A stretch of 32,000 nt of DNA, taken from the NCBI RefSeq assembly GCF_020969955.1, contig NZ_JAHDSX010000011.1:30001-62000 (forward strand), in the 5' to 3' direction. Of the stretch, positions 1-8,196 are shown one piece after another. How positions within the stretch are numbered: position 1 is the first letter of the stretch; every line of letters starts with the position of its first letter. The notes beneath the pieces are model-generated. The model saw nothing but the letters and a program-made list of their open reading frames with translations. It made no database searches and was not told the DNA's origin. Position numbers and translations under genes: made by a program. This DNA is from Allobaculum fili. Lineage in GTDB: Bacteria; Bacillota_I; Bacilli_A; Erysipelotrichales; Erysipelotrichaceae.

Positions 1-280
1 GGGTAATGACAATGCCATCGAACCGGTCGTCCTGTTCGAGTTCTTCCGCTTTGACCTTAATGCGAAACAGATCTTCTTCCGTAATGTCATTAGAATCCTT
101 GGAGCAGACGGAAAAGACTTCCAGATCGGCGAGTTCCTGAATGGAGCTGACGCTGGAAAGAATCGACTCAACCGACAGGGTTCCCGCGCGATACGTCGCC
201 GCTTCGCCCATCCGGCCGGATCCGGCAATCGTTCCGCCAGTCGAAATAATGGCGATGCGCTTTTTGGGTTTTGTTTCCAT
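1..280 (-). CDS. L-asparaginase, N-terminal part (CDS continues past the window start)
   Basis: Reverse-strand translation from the ATG at 280-278 reads METKPKKRIAIISTGGTIAGSG...DDRFDGIVIT. This includes the TGGTIAG nucleophile motif and the GxVIT region typical of bacterial asparaginases. It is absent from the ORF track because it runs off the edge. Confidence 0.8.
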   Translation of the reverse strand, partial: METKPKKRIAIISTGGTIAGSGRMGEAATYRAGTLSVESILSSVSSIQELADLEVFSVCSKDSNDITEEDLFRIKVKAEELEQDDRFDGIVIT

Positions 281-555
281 AGCTTCACTTTGAACAGGGC
301 TGCAATTTGGGCTCCTGTTTGTCTCCTTTCTCTGTATCTCTGTACGGCTTCGAGTGTATCACGAATTGAAGCCGTACACGGTTTGCACACAGGCGGATCG
401 GGCGGGCGGCGATCCGGACAAAGAAAGCCTCTTTTCCTTTTTCTGCTTTACCTGCATGATTTTCAGGTACGGCCGTAAGGAAAATTTATTCATAATTCAA
501 ATAAGAACCTTTCTATTATTTTCTAAGAGAATAAGAATATTGTGCTCTTCACGCT

Positions 556-584
556 TTGTATCGCTCTTTTATGGAATATATACT
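556..584 (+). promoter_or_regulatory. Putative sigma-A type promoter for the ECF S-component operon
   Basis: TTGTAT (556-561), a 17-bp spacer, then TATACT (579-584). It lies about 25 nt upstream of the AAAGGAG RBS (603-609) and the ATG at 611. The leader is too short for a riboswitch. Confidence 0.35.
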
Positions 585-610
585 GAAAGAGATCAAGAGA
601 AAGAAAGGAG

Positions 611-1201
611 ATGCTGTATTTGAAACCTGTACAGAAACTGACCCTGTCGGCACTGTTTCTGGCCGCCGGTCTGGTTCTGCCCTTCCTTACCGGTCAGATT
701 CAGTTCATTGGAAACATGCTCTGTCCCATGCATGTGCCGGTTCTGCTTTGCGGACTGATCTGCGGCTGGAAATACGGTCTGGTCGTCGGCGCAATTATGC
801 CGCTGCTTCGAAGCGCTATGTTCTCGATGCCGCCGATGATGCCACAGGCTGTGGCCATGGCTTTTGAACTGGCCGCATACGGTGCCATTTCCGGATGGCT
901 GTATCAGATCCAGAAAAAGCAGTCGATTGTAAGTGTCTATACGTCCCTGCTTGGCGCCATGATTGGCGGACGCATCATCTGGGGTGTCGTAATGGCTGTG
1001 CTGATGGGGCTCTCTGGTTCCGCCTTTACACTCAGCGCCTTCATTGCCGGCGCCTTCTCAAATGCCATCCCGGGAATTATCCTGCAGCTGACCGCAATCC
1101 CGCTTCTGATGGTAGTTCTCGACAAAACCGGCGTGCTTCGCTTTGAACGTCCCGCCGCATCCCAGAAAGCCGCCGTCTCGGCAGCCAAGGCGGAGGCATG
1201 A
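611..1201 (+). CDS. ECF transporter S-component (substrate-capture subunit, substrate unknown)
   Basis: 196-aa polytopic membrane protein with LPFLTGQI...MLCPMHVPVLLCGLICGWKYG...MAFELAAYG, a pattern I recognise from ECF_trnsprt/ThiW-like S-components. RBS AAAGGAG precedes the ATG. No EcfA/EcfT genes are in the window. Confidence 0.75.
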   Translation: MLYLKPVQKLTLSALFLAAGLVLPFLTGQIQFIGNMLCPMHVPVLLCGLICGWKYGLVVGAIMPLLRSAMFSMPPMMPQAVAMAFELAAYGAISGWLYQIQKKQSIVSVYTSLLGAMIGGRIIWGVVMAVLMGLSGSAFTLSAFIAGAFSNAIPGIILQLTAIPLLMVVLDKTGVLRFERPAASQKAAVSAAKAEA

Positions 1202-1833
1202 GTTCTTCAAACGAAAACCCAATACAGAACGGATCTGTTCCGTCCTCTCGGGCTGACCGATTGGATGCGATCGTAAAAACGCTCGAAGAAAAAAGGAGCC
1301 AGAGCGACAAGCCAATGTTCGTCGTCGCGATTGACGGTCGATGCGGATCAGGAAAGACGACTCTGGCCTCTCTGTTAGTGGACCGGCTGGACGACTGCTC
1401 CATCCTGCATATGGATGACTTTTTCCTTCGGCCAGAAGATCGAACGCCCGAACGTCTCAAGACTCCAGGTGCCAACGTCGATTACGAACGCATTCTCGAT
1501 GAAGTCCTGCTTCCTTTGCAGAAAAAGGAAGAAACGATCTATTGTCCCTTTTCCTGCAGAACCATGACTTTACAGTCGGCCCGCGCTTTGAAGCGTCCGC
1601 GCATTCTGCTTCTCGAAGGCACATACAGTGCCAGCGCTCACCTGCTCCCTTTTGTTGATTTTCTGCTCTTCCTGACGTGTTCTAAGGAAGAGCAGAAAGA
1701 ACGGCTTTTGAAACGGGAAGGTGCAGAGAAGTACGCAAACTTCGAAGCGAAATGGATTCCGCTCGAAGAAAACTATTTCGAAAACGGACTCGACACGAAC
1801 GCGATCGATCAGATTGTGGACACCAGCTTCTGA
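1198..1833 (+). CDS. Uridine-kinase-family P-loop kinase (substrate unknown)
   Basis: Walker A motif VVAIDGRCGSGKTTLA, followed by HMDDFF and LLLEG segments as in uridine kinase/PRK-like kinases. The start ATG overlaps the upstream TGA (ATGA at 1198-1201). Confidence 0.7.
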   Translation: MSSSNENPIQNGSVPSSRADRLDAIVKTLEEKRSQSDKPMFVVAIDGRCGSGKTTLASLLVDRLDDCSILHMDDFFLRPEDRTPERLKTPGANVDYERILDEVLLPLQKKEETIYCPFSCRTMTLQSARALKRPRILLLEGTYSASAHLLPFVDFLLFLTCSKEEQKERLLKREGAEKYANFEAKWIPLEENYFENGLDTNAIDQIVDTSF

Positions 1834-1899
1834 GGCCACCCGGTTTTAGACGTCTCTGTTTGAATGAACGATTTTTGGATCAATGAAAGGAATATTATC

Positions 1900-2802
1900 G
1901 TGGAAAAATCCAAAGTGTATTTTACCCGCAACACTGGACGCGACTCCTTAGTCCGTCTGTACAAAGCTTTAGGCAAGGAACTGAAAGGCAATGTAGCCGT
2001 TAAGCTGCATACCGGTGAAGCCGGCAACCAGAACTTCCTGCGTCCGGAATTCGTAAAACCGATCGTAGACGAAGTCAACGGTACGGTCGTTGAATGCAAC
2101 ACCGCTTACGGTCACGACATGGGCGGCCATCGTTTCAACACCCTCGAACACGAAAAAGTACTTCGCGATCATGGCTGGACCGAAAACTTCGATGTAGAAA
2201 TCCTCGATGCGGCTGGACCAGATAAAGTCCTCGAAATTCCAAACGGAAAAATCATCAAGAAAAACTTCGTCGGCAAGGACATTGAGAAATACAACTCCAT
2301 GCTCGTGCTTTCGCACTTTAAAGGCCATCCGATGGGCGGCTTTGGCGGTGCCCTCAAACAGCTCTCCATCGGCTGCGCATCCACAGCCGGCAAGTGCTGG
2401 ATCCACTCCACCGGTCAGTCCGATTCGATGAAAGACTGCTGGGAAAAAGAAGTGAATCACGATGAATTCCTCGAAGCTATGGCCGATGCCGCGGAAAGCG
2501 TAAACACCTTCTTCAAGGACAGCATTGTGTACATCAACTGCCTGGTCAACCTGTCCGTTGACTGCGACTGCTGCCATGTCGCTGAAGATCCGTGCATGAA
2601 AGATATCGGCATCATGATCTCCACCGACCCGGTTGCGATCGATCAGGCCTGCCTTGATATGGTCTACAGCTCCGATGACCCAGGACGTGATCACTTCCTT
2701 GAACGTGTAGAGAGCCGTCATGGCGTTCACACGGTTGAAGCTGCCGCAGCTCTTGGCTTTGGAAATCGTGAATACGAACTGATCGACATCGACGAGAAGT
2801 AA
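1900..2802 (+). CDS. DUF362 domain-containing protein
   Basis: (M)EKSKVYFT...LHTGEAGN...LSHFKGHPMGGFGGALKQLSIGC...DCDCC matches my memory of DUF362 family proteins. The ORF is open from the ATG at 1864, which has no RBS. The in-frame GTG at 1900 has GAAAGGA (1885-1891) 8 nt upstream and gives the family-typical N-terminus. Confidence 0.8.
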   Translation: MEKSKVYFTRNTGRDSLVRLYKALGKELKGNVAVKLHTGEAGNQNFLRPEFVKPIVDEVNGTVVECNTAYGHDMGGHRFNTLEHEKVLRDHGWTENFDVEILDAAGPDKVLEIPNGKIIKKNFVGKDIEKYNSMLVLSHFKGHPMGGFGGALKQLSIGCASTAGKCWIHSTGQSDSMKDCWEKEVNHDEFLEAMADAAESVNTFFKDSIVYINCLVNLSVDCDCCHVAEDPCMKDIGIMISTDPVAIDQACLDMVYSSDDPGRDHFLERVESRHGVHTVEAAAALGFGNREYELIDIDEK

Positions 2803-2862
2803 GTCCGATTCAATCTCTATACCATCCAGTACTGAACTCCAGTACTGAGCACTGAACAGCAG

Positions 2863-2908
2863 AAGTCCTCTGCCCTTCCCAGAATTCTGGGTGGCAGAGG
2901 ACTTTTTA
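2863..2908 (+). terminator. Rho-independent terminator of the S-component/kinase/DUF362 operon
   Basis: AAGTCCTCTGCC (2863-2874) pairs with GGCAGAGGACTT (2893-2904). An inner perfect palindrome CCCAGAATTCTGGG lies at 2878-2891, and a T-run follows at 2903-2907. Confidence 0.7.
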
Positions 2909-3035
2909 CGTTTTGGCGTCTGAAGTATCCGGCCGTTTGAAAACCTGGGCCGGGCCCCGTTGCGGGTCGTTCTGGCCGCAGCCGGATCAACGGGACACCT
3001 GCCCGTTTCTTCGCGCCTTTTTTCCAAACAAAAAC

Positions 3036-3072
3036 CCCGTGTTCGATCGAGAGAACACGGGGTGTATTGCCT
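3036..3072 (-). terminator. Rho-independent terminator of the mgl-type operon
   Basis: CCCCGTGTTC (3045-3054) pairs with GAACACGGGG (3063-3072). On the minus strand the stem is followed by TTTTTGTTTGG. Confidence 0.7.
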
Positions 3073-3091
3073 GAAGCTTAAGGGGGGGGGA

Positions 3092-3100
3092 AAATGAATG
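3092..3100. repeat. Homopolymeric G9/C9 tract
   Basis: The sequence reads cttaa-GGGGGGGGG-aaaatg. The tract lies between the stop at 3116 and the terminator at 3045-3072. Confidence 0.9.
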
Positions 3101-3115
3101 ATCAAATGAACTGAG

Positions 3116-3490
3116 TCAATCGGTTTCCGGTTCCCAGCCGGCAAAGAGCTGCATATCGCCTTCGACTAGAAGAGAGCTATCCGCAGGCATTGTGCAGTTT
3201 TCGTCCGTATACCAGCCTGTAAAGCGGTAGCCTTCACGGACAGGGGCATCAGCTAAACTCAGAGCGTCCTGGAACTGGTAGACCTGAGAGGGTACATCGC
3301 TTCCGCCCTTGGAATTATAGGAAACTGCGTAACCATCTTTTCGCGTACCGAGGTACATCAACAAACACAAGAGAATGCATCCCGCAATGATTACAATTCC
3401 CAGAGTGCGCGTGGAGACGTTCAGATTCTTATACAGTCCGCCATCGGGTTGGAGATCCGTTGGGGTCTCAGAATGATTTTTCTCATTCAT
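3116..3490 (-). CDS. Small single-pass membrane protein with an InlB B-repeat (Listeria-Bacteroides repeat) domain
   Basis: One TM segment (LGIVIIAGCILLCLLMYLG), then YAVSYNSKGGSDVPSQ...REGYRFTGWYTDENC...FAGWEP, the hallmark GYxFxGWYTD...LYAxW pattern of the repeat. It starts 9 nt after the mglC-like stop and has no obvious RBS. Confidence 0.65.
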   Translation of the reverse strand: MNEKNHSETPTDLQPDGGLYKNLNVSTRTLGIVIIAGCILLCLLMYLGTRKDGYAVSYNSKGGSDVPSQVYQFQDALSLADAPVREGYRFTGWYTDENCTMPADSSLLVEGDMQLFAGWEPETD

Positions 3491-3499
3491 AATGGGGTT

Positions 3500-4579
3500 T
3501 TATTTCTTCGTCAGGTACTTACGCATGTCGATCGCGCAGGCAACGAGGATGATAATACCCTTAATAATGTACAGGTAGTTCTGGTCAACGGACATATAGT
3601 TCAGACCAGTAAAGATAATCTGCAGCAGGAGTACGCCGATTACGATACCGGAGATACGTCCAGTACCACCGACGAAGGAAACGCCGCCAATTACGCAAGC
3701 CGCGATGGCGTCACACTCGTAGTTGAAACCAGTGTTGGCGTTTACGGAAGCGATACGGGCACCGTCAATGAAACCTGTCAGAGAGTACATGATTGCCGCG
3801 AGAACGAAAACCATGATGATTGTGCGGGAAACGTTAACACCAGAAACGGTAGCTGCTTCTTCGTTGGAACCAACTGCAAACATGTTTTTACCGAAGGTTG
3901 TCTTGTTCCAGATGATCCACATAACGACAACCATGAGGATGGCGTACAGTACGTACATTGGGATCTTAGAAGCGCCGATGGAGAAGATCGTACCCGTAAC
4001 GATGTCACGGTAAGTCTGGTCGAATCCGGAAAGAGTCTGGCCGTTGTTCGTACCGAGCTTGAGGTAGATCAGGATGATACCGTAAGTGATCAGCTGTGTA
4101 GCCAGGGTTACGATAAATGGATGGAGCTTAAATTTCGCAACGGAGAAGCCGTTTACGAAACCGATCAGTCCGCAGACTGCCATAGCAGCCAGAAGCGGAA
4201 CAATGATTGGAAGAGGTTCGAGACCCGGGAAAATACGGTTATTGGTGATGGACATCGACGCGATGATTACAGCGGCGAGACCAACCATACGGCCGGCCGA
4301 AATATCGGTACCGGTCAGTACGATACATCCGCCGATACCCAGAGCGATCGGCAGTTTAGCAGCGGTCAGTGTGATGATGTTGACAATCGAAGATACAGAG
4401 AAGTATTTCGGTTCGCGGATACCGATGAAGATGACCGCAATGAGGATGATGATGTACATTGCGTTGTTGAGAAGGAGGTTCGTGATGGCACGTTTTTTGT
4501 CCTTCGCATCCATCTGCTTGTAATCATCCATCCACACCTGCATGCGATTCCGCTTTTTTGCTTTTGTGTTTTCAGACAT
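3500..4579 (-). CDS. mglC: Sugar (galactose/methyl-galactoside type) ABC transporter permease
   Basis: 359-aa polytopic protein with LTGTDISAGRMVGLAAV and a C-terminal region typical of the MglC/RbsC-family permeases. RBS AGAGGA lies 9 nt upstream. It sits between the mglA-like gene and the small fourth gene. Confidence 0.85.
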   Translation of the reverse strand: MSENTKAKKRNRMQVWMDDYKQMDAKDKKRAITNLLLNNAMYIIILIAVIFIGIREPKYFSVSSIVNIITLTAAKLPIALGIGGCIVLTGTDISAGRMVGLAAVIIASMSITNNRIFPGLEPLPIIVPLLAAMAVCGLIGFVNGFSVAKFKLHPFIVTLATQLITYGIILIYLKLGTNNGQTLSGFDQTYRDIVTGTIFSIGASKIPMYVLYAILMVVVMWIIWNKTTFGKNMFAVGSNEEAATVSGVNVSRTIIMVFVLAAIMYSLTGFIDGARIASVNANTGFNYECDAIAACVIGGVSFVGGTGRISGIVIGVLLLQIIFTGLNYMSVDQNYLYIIKGIIILVACAIDMRKYLTKK

Positions 4580-4594
4580 TTTAATATTTCCTCT

Positions 4595-6133
4595 TTATAC
4601 GTATTTCGCAGCCAGAGTCATAATTTCTTCCTGGCTTGTGTTATCCGCATCTACCTCGCCGGCAAGACGACCGCCGGACATAACCAGAATACGGTTGCAG
4701 ACGCCGAGCAGTTCCGGCATCTCAGATGAAACCATCATGACTGTCTTGCCCTGTTTCGCCAGGTTCGAGATCAGTTCGTAGATTTCATATTTGGCACCTA
4801 CGTCAATACCGCGCGTCGGTTCATCCAGCAGCAGAATTTCCGGTTCGGTCAGCAGCCAGCGTCCAAGAATTACTTTCTGCTGGTTACCGCCGGACAGAGA
4901 CGAGATTTTCGTCGCCTGACTCGGTGTCTTAATGCGCATGGCGCCAATGGACCAGTCCGTATCTTTCTTCATTGCCGCATCGGAAAGAAGACCGGCTTTG
5001 AGATAGCTTTTAAGGTTGGAAATAGTTGTGTTGGCACGGATGTCCAGAATACCGAAGATACCGGTGGCGCGGCGTTCTTCAGTCAGAAGAGCAAAACCGT
5101 TGGCAAGAGCCTTTTTCGGGTTTTTGTTATGGATTTCCTGACCATGCAGGAAGATCTGTCCATCCTTGCGAGTGGCGTAGCCGAAGATTGTTTCGAGCAG
5201 TTCTGTACGACCTGCACCATCCAGACCGGCAACACCAAGGATTTCACCTTTGTGTGCCTTGAAGGATACATCGTTCAGCTGGTTGTAAAGAGCGGTGAGG
5301 TTCTTTACTTCAAGAGATACTTCATCGGATACAACATTGTCCTTGGGCGGGAAGCGGTTCGTAAGTTCACGGCCGACCATCAGTTTGATGATCTTGTTCA
5401 TATCCATGTTTTCCGTTACTTCCGTAGCAACCCAGGTACCATCACGCATGACGGTGATTTCGTCGGAGATGCGCAGAATTTCGTCCATCTTGTGGGAGAT
5501 GTAAATAATGGCAACACCGCGATCACGCAGCATGTTGATAATCTTGAAAAGGTGTTCTACTTCTTCTTCCGTAAGGGAGGAAGTCGGTTCGTCAAATACG
5601 ATTACCTTCGAATGGAAGGATACGGCTTTGGCGATTTCAACCATCTGTCGCTGAGCGACTGGCATCGTTGACATTACGGTTCGTGGATCGACATCGATTT
5701 CGAGTTCATCGAATACCGCTTTCGTATCCTTGAGCATTGTTGCTTCAGAAACGAAACCGTTTTTTGTCGGATAGCGACCCAGCCAGAGGTTGTCCATAAC
5801 GTTGCGCTTAAGCGCCTGGTTCAGTTCCTGGTGAACCATGGCAACACCGTTTTCGAGCGCTTCTTTGGAGTTTTTGAAGTTAACCTCTTTGTCTTCGAGG
5901 ATGATGGTTCCACTGTCTTTGTTGTAAACGCCGAAGAGGCATTTCATCAGAGTGGATTTACCGGCACCATTTTCACCCATCAGTGCGTGTACGCTTCCGG
6001 CGCGGACGTTCAGAGAAACGCCGTCGAGCGCTTTAACACCAGGGAACTGCTTGGTGATTTCCTTCATCTGGAGGACAACGGGATGTGCTTCTTTCCAAGC
6101 TGCGTCATGAACAGTTGGATTTACCTGAGACAT
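4595..6133 (-). CDS. mglA: Sugar ABC transporter ATP-binding protein (duplicated ATPase, MglA/RbsA type)
   Basis: Two nucleotide-binding domains are present. Walker A motifs are GENGAGKST and GLDGAGRTE, with signature LSGGNQQK and Walker B motifs VIVFDEPT and LLLLDEPT. Confidence 0.9.
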   Translation of the reverse strand: MSQVNPTVHDAAWKEAHPVVLQMKEITKQFPGVKALDGVSLNVRAGSVHALMGENGAGKSTLMKCLFGVYNKDSGTIILEDKEVNFKNSKEALENGVAMVHQELNQALKRNVMDNLWLGRYPTKNGFVSEATMLKDTKAVFDELEIDVDPRTVMSTMPVAQRQMVEIAKAVSFHSKVIVFDEPTSSLTEEEVEHLFKIINMLRDRGVAIIYISHKMDEILRISDEITVMRDGTWVATEVTENMDMNKIIKLMVGRELTNRFPPKDNVVSDEVSLEVKNLTALYNQLNDVSFKAHKGEILGVAGLDGAGRTELLETIFGYATRKDGQIFLHGQEIHNKNPKKALANGFALLTEERRATGIFGILDIRANTTISNLKSYLKAGLLSDAAMKKDTDWSIGAMRIKTPSQATKISSLSGGNQQKVILGRWLLTEPEILLLDEPTRGIDVGAKYEIYELISNLAKQGKTVMMVSSEMPELLGVCNRILVMSGGRLAGEVDADNTSQEEIMTLAAKYV

Positions 6134-6174
6134 TTCGTTTTTCCTTTCGTATTTCTATGTGATCGCCTGATTCG

Positions 6175-6205
6175 AAATCAGCCACGGGGAACCCGTGGCT
6201 GATTT
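6175..6205 (-). promoter_or_regulatory. Intercistronic stem-loop between the binding-protein gene and the ATPase gene
   Basis: AAATCAGCCACGGG-gaa-CCCGTGGCTGATTT forms a 14-bp perfect stem. It lies 48 nt after the mglB-like stop and 42 nt before the mglA-like start. Only a weak U-tract follows on the minus strand. Confidence 0.5.
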
Positions 6206-6252
6206 TGGAATCATTGCGGTTTTAAACTGATTCTGTTTCCTGCAGCGGGAAA

Positions 6253-7371
6253 TTAGTCAGCTTTGTATTCGGAATAAGGAATGTTAATACGCCATGTTCC
6301 GACTACGTTTGCAGAATCGAGGCCTTCGAATTTGTCTTTTCCAGCCATCATGTTCTGAACCATCTGGCAGATCGCAGCGGCCATACCTTCGCCATCCTGT
6401 TTGATGGTACCAGTCATTTTGCCTTCGTCGATTGCTGTCTTCGCATCGTCAAGAGCGTCTACGCCGAAGATAGGAATGGTCTTGCCTTCGCCGTCGTTGT
6501 AGCCAGCGTTCTGCAGAGCGGACAGAGCACCAAGAGCCATACCGTCATTGTTTGCGATAACGAGCTCGATCATGTCGCCGTTTTCTTCGTTGTACTGGGA
6601 CAGAGCGTTCTGAACGATATCAGTACCCTGAGCAGCAGACCATGCACCGTCTTTGTCCAGTTCGTATTTTGTAGGAGCGTCAGCTTTGTAGTAAGCGAGA
6701 GCTTCGTGGCCTTCTTCAGCCAGTTTAGCGTCAGCGTTTTCTACACCGTATTGTGTACGAGCGTCAGCTTCAGCGTTGCCTTCCTGGCCTTTCAGCATGA
6801 TGTAGGAGATTACACCGTCGCCGTTCAGGTCAGTAGCATCGTAGTTTGCGTTCAGGTATTCACCGATCATGTCACCCTGCATTTTGCCAGCCATTTCGTA
6901 GTCAGTACCTACGAAAGCAGCTTTGTCGTAAGCAGAGATAACTTCTTCGTCAACGGAACGGTTGAAGAAGATTACTGGGATACCAGCAGTTTCAGCCTGG
7001 GTGATGATTTCTTTCGCAGCATCCTGGGAAGCTGTGTCAACCAGGTTTACAACGAGGCACTTGGATCCTTTGGAGATCGCTGTCTGTACCTGTTCAGTCT
7101 GAGTAGTCTGGCTGTTGCCGCCATCGTAGTCAGCGTAGGTGATTCCTGCATCTTCGAGGTCTTTGTCGAGAGCTGCACGAACTGTGGAGATATAGTCGTC
7201 GCCGTATGTGTAGTAGAATACGGAAACTTCGCCTTCTCCTCCAGCAGAACCGGAGTCAGCTGTGGAGGAAGCTGTGCTGCTTGTGGAGCCGCCGTCGCTG
7301 CTGCCGCAAGCTGCCAGGGACAGGGCCATAGCACCTGCCATCATGGTTTTAAAGAGTTTGTTGAGTTCCAT
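6253..7371 (-). CDS. mglB: Galactose/glucose-type ABC transporter substrate-binding lipoprotein
   Basis: Lipoprotein signal peptide with lipobox LSLAAC|GSS and a Ser/Gly-rich linker. A periplasmic-binding-protein type I body follows (VFYYTYGDDY...VIANNDGMALGA...FGVD), as in MglB/ChvE-like proteins. Confidence 0.85.
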   Translation of the reverse strand: MELNKLFKTMMAGAMALSLAACGSSDGGSTSSTASSTADSGSAGGEGEVSVFYYTYGDDYISTVRAALDKDLEDAGITYADYDGGNSQTTQTEQVQTAISKGSKCLVVNLVDTASQDAAKEIITQAETAGIPVIFFNRSVDEEVISAYDKAAFVGTDYEMAGKMQGDMIGEYLNANYDATDLNGDGVISYIMLKGQEGNAEADARTQYGVENADAKLAEEGHEALAYYKADAPTKYELDKDGAWSAAQGTDIVQNALSQYNEENGDMIELVIANNDGMALGALSALQNAGYNDGEGKTIPIFGVDALDDAKTAIDEGKMTGTIKQDGEGMAAAICQMVQNMMAGKDKFEGLDSANVVGTWRINIPYSEYKAD

Positions 7372-7446
7372 AGTACTTAAGTGTACCCTTTCTATTTCTC
7401 GTCTCTTACGAGAGTTCCGCGGAATTGCGGAAGAATTTACATGTGA

Positions 7447-7475
7447 ACTATAACATAGGCATTTGTTTTAAACAA
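7447..7475 (-). promoter_or_regulatory. Putative extended -10 promoter of the mgl-type operon
   Basis: In minus-strand sense: TTGTTT (7475-7470), a 17-bp spacer ending in TGt, then TATAGT (7452-7447). It lies about 75 nt upstream of the mglB-like ATG. Confidence 0.4.
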
Positions 7476-7710
7476 CAGATTCTGAAAGGGTTTTCGCTGG
7501 TTTTCGGTAAATTTTTATTCAATATGTTCGGTTAAAGGTTTCTTCGTTTAACTAAATATCAAAGTTAATTTTACTTAACTTTTCTTTTTGAGCGTAAGAA
7601 TTGCTTAACCTGTAGCTATTTTCCCTTTATGCGCCCTTTGTCCTGCAGCTTCTTCCGGTGTTTTTTTATGAGATTCCTCCATAGGCACCCGTCCTTTTCC
7701 GTATTTACGC

Positions 7711-7746
7711 AGAAAAAAAGCAGGAGCACTCTATTCTCTCCTGCTT
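7711..7746 (-). terminator. Rho-independent terminator after metG and the small membrane protein gene
   Basis: In minus sense: AGCAGGAG-agaatagagtg-CTCCTGCT followed by TTTTTTT (plus-strand A-run at 7712-7718). Confidence 0.7.
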
Positions 7747-7818
7747 TATGTGATTTTATGGGTCGGAAATTCAGCGTCCAGACACAGGGGCGACAAGTCG
7801 GATCGAATAAGCAGACAA

Positions 7819-8196
7819 TCATTCCGTTTTGTCTGTTTCGGCTCTCATACGGTCGCACTTTTCTTTTTGCGATGTCAGCTCTGCCGGATCGGCTGGATCC
7901 TCTGGCTTGAGATCCCCATCCTTTTGTGCTTCTTCGGCTTTGCTGCCTTTTTCGGTTTCTTTAGCCTTTTCGTCTTCTTTGGCTCTGGCGATGATCTCGT
8001 CCAGACTTTCGTCGGGCGTGACGTCTTCTTCAATCATCCTGGGAAGAATCCGTGCGCGGATGGCGCCATAGGCGCAGACGACGGCACCAAGAACAATCAG
8101 TTCCGTCCGATCCCAGACAAAGCCGAAAACCATAATCAGCACGCCGGCAAGCGCCAGCTGGATCTGGGTAAACAGCAGTTTCTGTCTTGGGGTCAT
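7819..8196 (-). CDS. Small membrane protein with two predicted TM helices and an acidic/lysine-rich tail
   Basis: MTPRQKLLFTQIQLALAGVLIMVFGFVWDRTELIVLGAVVCAYGAI... is followed by an E/K/D-rich tail. The start ATG overlaps the metG TGA stop by 1 nt (TGATG). Confidence 0.55.
   Translation of the reverse strand: MTPRQKLLFTQIQLALAGVLIMVFGFVWDRTELIVLGAVVCAYGAIRARILPRMIEEDVTPDESLDEIIARAKEDEKAKETEKGSKAEEAQKDGDLKPEDPADPAELTSQKEKCDRMRAETDKTE

Noticed and set aside
1969-3144. 391-aa minus-strand ORF overlapping the DUF362 gene and both terminators
   Set aside because: It lies antisense to a recognisable DUF362 protein and runs straight through two terminator hairpins. The sequence is low-complexity and no RBS is present.
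3449-4729. 426-aa plus-strand ORF
   Set aside because: It lies antisense to the mglC-like permease. The product is D/N/T/R-rich and not protein-like.
6706-7380. 224-aa plus-strand ORF
   Set aside because: It lies antisense to the mglB-like binding protein gene.
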